NCBI GenBank assembly: GCA_965662235.1
Contig: CBFIGY010000019.1
Location: forward strand, 1-54,408
DNA length: 54,408 nt
From: an uncultured bacterium
GTDB taxonomy: Bacteria; SAR324; NAC60-12
Reading direction: 5' to 3'
The notes beneath the pieces were generated by a model, which was not told where the DNA came from, ran no database searches, and saw nothing but the letters and a program-made list of their open reading frames with translations. Positions 42,293 to 53,326 of the stretch are shown here, piece by piece (the stretch's first letter is position 1; the number at the start of each line of letters is the position of its first letter). The position numbers and the translations under genes were made by a program.

Positions 42293-43489
42293 ATGGCCTT
42301 GAGCGGTCTGGAACCTGAAGTCGTGGTCATTGGGGGCGGCCCTGCGGGGCTTGCTTCTGCGATTGCCCTGGCTCGTCAGAACCTGCAAGTGGGCGTGCTG
42401 GAGCCCCAGCCGTATCCCATTGGCAAGCCCTGTGGCGAGGGCATCATGCCCACGGGACTGCAACAGCTGGACGAACTGGGCGTGCTTCCGTTTCTGCAGG
42501 AGGCGCCGCACTGTGCTTTTCCCGGAATCACCTACGTCTCCGCTGGAGGCGAGGTGGCCTCTGCCTCCTTTCAAGAAGGCCCCGGCTGGGGAGTGGAACG
42601 ACAGGTGCTTTCTCAGGCCCTTCTGCAGGCGGCTCAGGCTCAGGAAACGCTCACCCTCTTCCCCTTCAAGGCGACGGTCACCCCGACGGCTCAGGGGGTG
42701 AACGTGAGCACCGAAGCCGGTTCTTGGCGCCCGCGCTTGGTCGTCGGAGCAGATGGCCTAGCCTCGTCTGTTCGGAAAGCCACCGGCTTGAGCAAGCCCC
42801 GGGGGCGTCTGCTGCGTTGGGGCGTCCGCCAGCACTTTCGGGTGCCACCGTGGACCGAGAACGTTGAGGTGCATTGGAAGTGGGGCGCAGAGGCTTATGT
42901 CACGCCTGTTGCTCCGGATCAGGTGGGAGTCGCGATCCTGTGGGACCGAGACCGTGTTCCGCCTCAGGTGGCCGGAAAGCAGGTCTTTGCCGACCGCCTG
43001 AGCCTGTTTCCCGCCCTGCAGGCTCGCCTCCGGAACGCTCCTGCAGTGGACACACCTCAGGCCGTGGGGCCGCTGCACCGACCCACTCAGCAGGTGATCC
43101 GCCCCGGAGTGGCGCTGGTGGGAGATGCCTCGGGGTACCTTGACGCCATCACTGGTGAAGGCCTGAGTCTGGCTTTCAAGCAGGCTCGGTTGCTGGGAAC
43201 GCTGGTGGGACCTGCGGTTCGAGGCTCTGCCACGGACCTGCAGTGGGCGCTGCAGCACTACGCGAGTGCGCATGCGGCCCTAACGGCGCCCATCTATCAG
43301 GTCACGCAGATGGCCCTGCTGCTGCGGAACGCGCCTCGACTCACGGATCGCCTCATTCGGGTCTTTGGACGAAACCCGGACTGGTTTCAGCACTTCCTCT
43401 CTGCCAACATGGGGACGGTTCCCGCTTGGCGCTTGCCTCCTCAGACCTGGCTCCGGATGCTCCGCAGCCTCCTGTTCTCATCGAAATGA
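42293..43489 (+). CDS. FAD-dependent oxidoreductase (geranylgeranyl-reductase/monooxygenase-like)
   Basis: GGGPAG, KPCGEG, GADG, LVGDASGYLDAITGEGL. Confidence 0.85.
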   Translation: MALSGLEPEVVVIGGGPAGLASAIALARQNLQVGVLEPQPYPIGKPCGEGIMPTGLQQLDELGVLPFLQEAPHCAFPGITYVSAGGEVASASFQEGPGWGVERQVLSQALLQAAQAQETLTLFPFKATVTPTAQGVNVSTEAGSWRPRLVVGADGLASSVRKATGLSKPRGRLLRWGVRQHFRVPPWTENVEVHWKWGAEAYVTPVAPDQVGVAILWDRDRVPPQVAGKQVFADRLSLFPALQARLRNAPAVDTPQAVGPLHRPTQQVIRPGVALVGDASGYLDAITGEGLSLAFKQARLLGTLVGPAVRGSATDLQWALQHYASAHAALTAPIYQVTQMALLLRNAPRLTDRLIRVFGRNPDWFQHFLSANMGTVPAWRLPPQTWLRMLRSLLFSSK

Positions 43490-43601
43490 GGCCAACGGCG
43501 TGAGAAATTGAAAAAAGCCTTTGATTTGTGAGAAATTTATCGCTCATTTAAGGGCTCAAGGTGAGAGCTTTATCACTTAAATAAACGTAAACCCTTCCTC
43601 T

Positions 43602-43773
43602 GGGAGGTGTTTCAATTTACTACAAACTCCTGAACCTGCCTAAAGAGAGGCCTTGCGCCCCTTCACCGGGGCAAGTGCCTTGACAGATCCAAGCTGGTAA
43701 CGGGCTTGCAGCAAGAGTGGCCAACGTCCGCTGCAAGAAAAGCAGATCGGTTTTGTAACTATACGAAATTCCC
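43602..43773 (+). ncRNA. Candidate multi-stem structured RNA/leader
   Basis: Complementary ends plus two internal hairpins; no family recognised. Confidence 0.35.
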
Positions 43774-43809
43774 TGCTTTTTCGCCCTGTAAACCCCCTTG
43801 GAGATTGTC

Positions 43810-44049
43810 ATGAAAGCGAAGAAACAAGATTTCTCATCTCAGGAGTTTGGAGAGGATCTCGAAAACGAACAGAAGCAAAAAGAAGCGCAGCACCGGGAGC
43901 TGGAGGACGCGATCCAGAAGTTCCTCAGCAAGGGCCGAAGCATCAAGGTTCTGCCTCCTCAGGAGATCAAGAGCAAGACGGTGATCGGTGGCGATCGCTG
44001 GGACGTCCCGGAGGTGCTGACTGAAATTCAACGCAACTCCTTAGACTGA
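43810..44049 (+). CDS. Small protein resembling the SutA RNA-polymerase-binding domain
   Basis: Acidic N-region, then KQKEAQHRELEDAIQKFLSKGRSIKVLP; GGAG RBS. Confidence 0.6.
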   Translation: MKAKKQDFSSQEFGEDLENEQKQKEAQHRELEDAIQKFLSKGRSIKVLPPQEIKSKTVIGGDRWDVPEVLTEIQRNSLD

Positions 44050-44055
44050 TGTGGC

Positions 44056-44526
44056 ATGCCCAACTCCGTAACCCGAGCTTCCATTGACCTGAACGCGGTC
44101 CGCGAACGAGCCCTGCACCCTCAGGCGGGAGCCGTGCTCCTCTTCTGCGGAGACATCCGCAATCACAGTGAGGGGCAACCGGTTACGGAGTTAGAGTATG
44201 AGGCGCATGAGAGCATGGCGCTGCGTCAGATTGATCACATTACGGAAGAAGCCTCACGCCGCTGGCCCCTCCACCACGTCGAAGTGATCCACCGCTTCGG
44301 GCGCATGAAGATCATGGACTGCTCCATTGTGATCGCGGTCTCGACCTCCCACCGAGCAGACGCTTACGAAGCAAGCCGCTTCATCATTGACACCATCAAG
44401 CGCTCGGTGCCGATCTGGAAACGAGAGCACTTTCAAGATGGCTCTGCTGCCTGGAGCGCCGGCTGTGAAGCCTCCAGCGTGGTCGATCCTGAGCTGTCTC
44501 CCCCGCCCGTCGTTCATTCCTCCTGA
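44056..44526 (+). CDS. moaE: Molybdopterin synthase catalytic subunit
   Basis: GAVLLFCGDIRNH, LEYEAHESMA, HRADAYEA, IKRSVPIWKRE. Confidence 0.92.
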   Translation: MPNSVTRASIDLNAVRERALHPQAGAVLLFCGDIRNHSEGQPVTELEYEAHESMALRQIDHITEEASRRWPLHHVEVIHRFGRMKIMDCSIVIAVSTSHRADAYEASRFIIDTIKRSVPIWKREHFQDGSAAWSAGCEASSVVDPELSPPPVVHSS

Positions 44527-44621
44527 GACGTCCTCTCAGTAATTCTCGCCATTCTCCGTAAACTTGCTATGCTGGGTCACATTTAGATCCATCATGTCTC
44601 AGCCCTCCGGACACGACCTTC

Positions 44622-45785
44622 ATGCAAGTTATCAAAGACGACCAGAGTCGAGAGCCCTTCATCCGTGGCATCTTTGCCTACAAGCTCATCCAGCGGGGAA
44701 TGAGTTTTGAGGATGCCTATCAGATTGCCAAAGACGCCAAGAACCGTTTAGGAAAGACGCAGGAGATCCGCTCCTCCGAGTTACTGCACCTGGCAGATCG
44801 GTTGGTGATCGAGCGTTTTGGTGAGGAGCGCCTGCAGCGCCTCAAGCCTCGGCTGCAGCCTCAGGCGGCGCGCGTGGTGGTGCAGCGGACCAATTCCGCG
44901 TCTCCTTTTTCCAAGGGACTGATGACGCAGTCGCTTACTGCTTCAGGCCTTCCTCCGGAAGAGGCCTACCGCTTGGCGTATGAGGTGGAGTCGGAACTGC
45001 ACCAGTCGGGGCAGACGACGATTGATCATGAAGACCTCTTCAAACTGGTCACCCGGAAGATCACAGAGCATTACGGCAAGCAGACGTCCAGCCTCTATGG
45101 TCTGGCCAGCCGCATCAACCAATTGGACCGGCCGGTGGTGCTGTTGATTGGAGGTGCCTCTGGTACCGGAAAGTCGACCCTAGCCACTGCCCTGGCCTCG
45201 CGTCTGGGCATCAATCAGGTCATTGGCACTGACTCCATCCGGGAAATCATGCGGATGGCGTTTTCTCAGGACCTGTTGCCCACCCTGCACCACTCGTCCA
45301 CCGACGTAGGCAGCAAGCTGGAACTTTCCGGAGCCCGGGAGTTTCAACGCATGATTGCCGGGTTCATGCTTCAGTCCCAGCAGGTCAATGTGGGGGTGCA
45401 GGCGGTGATCTCACGCTCCATTGAAGAGCGCACCAGCATCATTTTGGAGGGAGTGCACCTCATCCCTGCCATTGAGCAGGCCATGAGGATGAAGGAGGCG
45501 CGGGCTTACTTGGTGCCCGCAGTGGTCACACTGATCAATGAGAAGGCCCACCGCAACCGCTTCTTGCAGCGTGGGCAGGTCACCCAGCGGCCGTCTGAAA
45601 AGTACCTGCGGCGGTTCGAGAACATCCGGGAGATTCACGACTACTTCCTGAGCTTCGGCAACCGAGAGGACCTAGACCTGATCAACAACGAGAACTTCGA
45701 CCTCGCCATCAACGAACTCACCCAGACCATCATCAGCTCCCTTCACGAGCAGGTGCAGCACTACAAGAAGCCCCGCAAGCCCTGA
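44622..45785 (+). CDS. 2-phosphoglycerate-kinase-like P-loop kinase with two ATP-cone-like domains
   Basis: EPFIRGI..AYQIA and SPFSKGL..AYRLA repeats; GGASGTGKST, GTDSIREIMR, PTLHHS, ILEGVHL, HRNRF, FENIREIHDY. Confidence 0.8.
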   Translation: MQVIKDDQSREPFIRGIFAYKLIQRGMSFEDAYQIAKDAKNRLGKTQEIRSSELLHLADRLVIERFGEERLQRLKPRLQPQAARVVVQRTNSASPFSKGLMTQSLTASGLPPEEAYRLAYEVESELHQSGQTTIDHEDLFKLVTRKITEHYGKQTSSLYGLASRINQLDRPVVLLIGGASGTGKSTLATALASRLGINQVIGTDSIREIMRMAFSQDLLPTLHHSSTDVGSKLELSGAREFQRMIAGFMLQSQQVNVGVQAVISRSIEERTSIILEGVHLIPAIEQAMRMKEARAYLVPAVVTLINEKAHRNRFLQRGQVTQRPSEKYLRRFENIREIHDYFLSFGNREDLDLINNENFDLAINELTQTIISSLHEQVQHYKKPRKP

Positions 45786-45797
45786 CGCCGCCTGGGA

Positions 45798-46214
45798 TCA
45801 GGAGGAGATGGCCTTGATGTTCTCCAGAATCTTCACCACGTTGGAGCGGACGAGCTTGATGTCCAGATCGTGTCCATCCTTGAAGTAGGGGTGGGCGTGC
45901 GGGTCAATGCCAAGCTTCTGCATCACCTTCATCATGAAGACCCGCTCTTCGTCCTGAAACTCACCATCAGCCCCTGCCACGAGCGCCAGCATGTCGATGA
46001 GGGCGTTCTTGGCGTCATCGGAAGTCACCTGCTGAAGCATGGACCCCAAGGAGGGGTTCTGCTTGAGCTGCTGCTGCTCCTCTGGAGTAATGCGTCCTGC
46101 CTTGAAGGTGGCCATCAGCACTTTTTTTTCAGCCGGATGCATCTCTCCGTCTGAGTGCGCCAAGTGGCTCACCACCCCAAGGATGGTGAGGAATTCTTCT
46201 CTATTGATCGACAT
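45798..46214 (-). CDS. TerB-like domain protein
   Basis: Paired AHSDGEMHPAEK and AGADGEFQDEER motifs. Confidence 0.75.
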   Translation of the reverse strand: MSINREEFLTILGVVSHLAHSDGEMHPAEKKVLMATFKAGRITPEEQQQLKQNPSLGSMLQQVTSDDAKNALIDMLALVAGADGEFQDEERVFMMKVMQKLGIDPHAHPYFKDGHDLDIKLVRSNVVKILENIKAISS

Positions 46215-46314
46215 GAGTGCTCCAAAAGCGTAACCTGCAAGGCAGGCGAGGTTGAAACAAAGCCCGTTAAGCCGAGTTCACTATAGCGAACCCCAAGGAA
46301 GGTACAAGCAGAGG

Positions 46315-46722
46315 ATGGCATTGGACTCACGCTACGATCCCCAGTGGCCGACCATCTCCCGGACCGTCCGGGAGCTCTTTGGACAGCGCTGTGCCCGCTG
46401 CGGGTACGAAGGCCGAGGAAGCGACACTCCGGAGGAGCGCCTGCAGGTTCATCACATTGATGAGAACCCACAGAACAATGCTCTGGAGAACCTCATTCCT
46501 CTCTGTGCCCGCTGCCACCTGCAGATTGAAAAAGAAGCGCGGCTGCATGCGCCTGGGGCTGATTTTCAGTTGGAACTCTTTCACGAGACCAGCTACTTCC
46601 ATCAGATGCAAGAAATGCGTCACCAGGCACTCCGGCAGGCAAAACAATCGCCCTCTCCCTCGGTTCGGGAGATGAGCGACGAGGAGTATGAGCAGTATCG
46701 GGACGATTGGGAGCACGAGTGA
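46315..46722 (+). CDS. HNH endonuclease-family protein
   Basis: CARC...LQVHHIDENPQNNALENLIPLCARCH. Confidence 0.85.
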   Translation: MALDSRYDPQWPTISRTVRELFGQRCARCGYEGRGSDTPEERLQVHHIDENPQNNALENLIPLCARCHLQIEKEARLHAPGADFQLELFHETSYFHQMQEMRHQALRQAKQSPSPSVREMSDEEYEQYRDDWEHE

Positions 46723-46737
46723 GCGGAAGGACGGGCC

Positions 46738-47820
46738 TTAACGCTTGCGTCGCCCAAATCCTCCAAAGCTCTTGCGTGCGGGAGCACTGAAGCTCTTGCG
46801 CGTGGGCGCCGAACGGACGGCCGGCTTGCTGGAAGACGACGGGGCCGGACGACTGACCGCGCTGTTGCTTCGACCAAAGCCACCGCCGGACCGAGCGCCT
46901 GACTGGGCCCGGAACTGCGTGCTCTTGATCTGGTTGAGCGAGCTGGTGGATGTGGGGCGGAACTTGTTCGCCGAGACCGTCTGACCCCCGGCCGTCCGAG
47001 CAGCGCTGCTGGTGGGGCGGGCATTGTTCAGCGACGATGTGTACGCGCTCCGGTTCGACTGCACCGTGGTCACCTGACGTGACGGGCCGGGATTGTAGCC
47101 GCCGTAACCGTAGCCGTAGCTGGGGGAAAACAGCCAGTTCGCCATCATCGATCCGGCCATGGAGGCCAAGAACATGCTGCCGAAGCTCGGGGTGGCCGAG
47201 TAATAAGGCGAGTAACCCGGACCCTGGTACATCTGCGGGTTCGGTGCCGACTGCACCGTCACCTGCTCCTCACCTTCACGGATGACCGACGTGGTCATCA
47301 CCTCCACCGATTTGTTCTCCGCAATGTCCCGCCACGCGTCCTGATCGCTTCCCGGAGGCAGTTCCTTCACCTCTGCGGGGTCGGGTACCAGAATGGAGAA
47401 GGTCAGGAAGTCCTGCCCGCTGTCGTTGACCTGCGGCACCACCAGCACCGGATCTGCTAGGCCATCTCCGTTGAGGTCAATGGTGCTGATGTCCCGAATC
47501 TTGTTGGAAATCTTGCTCACCAACGTGGCTAGGAAGTCCTGCTCGCTGACGTTGGCTTCCACAGTCTCCTTCACGGCATCCGTCATCAGGGCCGGGACGA
47601 TCTTGGGGTCTAGGTTCTCAGAAAGGTCGAGGCCGAAGCGGTCGAGCGCCTCCTGGTTCAGGCTGTCGCTGACTCCAATCGGGACCGTGTTTTGGGTGAA
47701 CGTCGTCTGCTTCGCTTGGTCTGAATCACAGCCACTCACTCCCAGCAGGAAAGCGCTCAAGACGGTTCCATAAACAAGCGGCTTGGTCCTGTTTTGAGTT
47801 GGGGTCGGGTTCCTTTCCAT
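46738..47820 (-). CDS. Hypothetical lipoprotein with DLNGDG loop and Ser/Arg/Gly-rich basic tail
   Basis: AGGAG RBS, lipobox VSGC, IDLNGDGLAD, C-terminus RKSFGGFGRRKR. Confidence 0.75.
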   Translation of the reverse strand: MERNPTPTQNRTKPLVYGTVLSAFLLGVSGCDSDQAKQTTFTQNTVPIGVSDSLNQEALDRFGLDLSENLDPKIVPALMTDAVKETVEANVSEQDFLATLVSKISNKIRDISTIDLNGDGLADPVLVVPQVNDSGQDFLTFSILVPDPAEVKELPPGSDQDAWRDIAENKSVEVMTTSVIREGEEQVTVQSAPNPQMYQGPGYSPYYSATPSFGSMFLASMAGSMMANWLFSPSYGYGYGGYNPGPSRQVTTVQSNRSAYTSSLNNARPTSSAARTAGGQTVSANKFRPTSTSSLNQIKSTQFRAQSGARSGGGFGRSNSAVSRPAPSSSSKPAVRSAPTRKSFSAPARKSFGGFGRRKR

Positions 47821-47885
47821 CCTTGCTCCTTGAGAGAAAATGATTGTTGGGGAGACAAATCCCCACTTTAACAGATTTTTTCTCA

Positions 47886-48647
47886 CTACCAGAGTGAAAT
47901 CGTACCAATTCCAGGCCAATACGCTTCTCCTTTCCAAGGATTCACTCCCATCTCTAGCGAAAGCCACTGCAGCCGCACGCCTTCGTGCCATCCCATGGAG
48001 ACTCCGGCAAGTCCCCACAGCGTCAGTTGCAGCCCCTTGCCTCCCGGAGTGGACTGCAGCCAGGGCCCTTGGGGAAAGTCCTTGCCAATGGCGGTCGGAG
48101 GCAGCGCCACACCCAACTCCGGAACCTCCCGCAGCACATGTGCGACAAAGGTGTTGCTGTTCGGACCCGGCCAGACGCGGTAGAACTGAGGGGCCGGATA
48201 ACTTGCCACAGCCGCCTCCAGCTTCGGAAGCAACGCGGTGGCCTCGGCTCCTCGAACTTCACCCAGCAGCCGCGCCGGGTTGCCGTACCACGAACGGTTC
48301 GGGGGCGCTGACGACTGAGAAACCACCGGCAATCCCCGCCACTGCCGCCACCCAATCACCTCATAAATCACAAACCGCGTGGCCCCCGGCTCCCGGACAG
48401 CAACCCAGCAGTGATCGGCAAACGCGCCGCGCCACCCGTACGTCCGGGCAGCGTACACCTGAATCAATGCCTCATCGGCGGCCGCTTCCACCAGAGGACG
48501 GTCTGGCGTCCGGCGGGCTTGGCTCCAGTGGGTTTCCAGGTCCAGGCCTCCGAATTTCAGCATCCAGAGAGGGCCGGAGAGCAGGGCTCCAGTTAGCAGC
48601 AGCAGGACGCTCATGATCCACACTCCCTGTTTCAGACGTTTCCACAT
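47886..48647 (-). CDS. DUF3750-like protein
   Basis: QVYAARTYGWRGAFADHCW, YEVIGW, WPGPNSNTFVAH, LPPTAIGKD. Confidence 0.82.
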   Translation of the reverse strand: MWKRLKQGVWIMSVLLLLTGALLSGPLWMLKFGGLDLETHWSQARRTPDRPLVEAAADEALIQVYAARTYGWRGAFADHCWVAVREPGATRFVIYEVIGWRQWRGLPVVSQSSAPPNRSWYGNPARLLGEVRGAEATALLPKLEAAVASYPAPQFYRVWPGPNSNTFVAHVLREVPELGVALPPTAIGKDFPQGPWLQSTPGGKGLQLTLWGLAGVSMGWHEGVRLQWLSLEMGVNPWKGEAYWPGIGTISLW

Positions 48648-48802
48648 GTGACTTCAGCTTCAAGCCTCCCAGATTCATCAACGGGTTCCGCCTTCGGGTG
48701 AAAAGGCGGTCTTCTTCTTGGAAAGGGGGGAGGCGTTTTTCTTCCCAAAAAGGTAGAATCTTCTGAGGCAGATCACAACTGTTCCGTTGACGTTTTCCCA
48801 GA

Positions 48803-48835
48803 GGAGCCAGTGGGCGCCGCTGGCTTCCTTTTATT
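48803..48835 (+). terminator. Terminator-like hairpin immediately upstream of the oxoprolinase start
   Basis: GGAGCCAGTGG-GCG-CCGCTGGCTTC followed by CTTTTATT. Confidence 0.45.
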
Positions 48836-48856
48836 CCTGTGTTCAGAAGAGGCTTC

Positions 48857-52588
<3,732 letters not shown>

Positions 52589-52638
52589 GGTTCAGTTCTT
52601 GAATTTCTCTGCGGAAACGATTTCTGCTGGAGACTTTC

Positions 52639-53301
52639 ATGCGCCACACCTTACTTGGGCTGACCCTCATCTTCCTCATCATCAGCGGCTGCTCCCGCTC
52701 CAACCTGGTCCGGGTTCGGGCCACCATGAGTGGCATGGAGCAGGGCAAGGCCGAGCAACTGGCGGCCCAAGACATTGCGACCGCTGGAACACAGCTGGAT
52801 GCGCAATCGGCTCAGTCAGAGGGCTTTGGGCTTCACTTGGTCACCCGCGGCATTCTGCTCGGAGGCAGCACCCTCACGACGACCTTTGAGGGGGAAACTT
52901 CTTCCGGCTCCACCAGCCTCATCCGTGAAACCTCCACCCTCAAGGCCAACTTCACAGAGGTCGGCTTTGTGATTGGGGAAAACTTCACTTGGGGTTTTGG
53001 CGTGGGCGCCATCTCTGGTGGAACGCTGGAGACTCAGCTGGATTACGGCTACTCTGGTTCCGGTAGCGAGACCCTGAAGTCTTCAGACGTCGGGGGAACG
53101 TCGTCGTTCTTCATGCTGGGGCACCATGGGTTTGGTTTTGAAACGGTCTTTGGCTTGCGTTGGAGTGTCATCAACGCCCATTATGCCGATTGGGACTCAA
53201 GCCTGTCGGAGTCCCTTCGGGCGTCCCGCACCATTGAAATGAGCCCGGATCCCAAGTTTCAGACCACCACCGCCTTTCTGGGGCTCGGGTTTGTCTTCTA
53301 A
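52639..53301 (+). CDS. Hypothetical exported protein (lipobox; outer-membrane beta-barrel-like C-terminus)
   Basis: ISGC lipobox, amphipathic beta segments, terminal LGLGFVF. Confidence 0.65.
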   Translation: MRHTLLGLTLIFLIISGCSRSNLVRVRATMSGMEQGKAEQLAAQDIATAGTQLDAQSAQSEGFGLHLVTRGILLGGSTLTTTFEGETSSGSTSLIRETSTLKANFTEVGFVIGENFTWGFGVGAISGGTLETQLDYGYSGSGSETLKSSDVGGTSSFFMLGHHGFGFETVFGLRWSVINAHYADWDSSLSESLRASRTIEMSPDPKFQTTTAFLGLGFVF

Positions 53302-53326
53302 GAAACCTCTCCTGTTGGTGTGGACC

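Noticed and set aside
46315..46722. HNH gene as evidence for a prophage or intron
   Set aside because: No integrase, structural genes, att sites or interrupted host gene nearby
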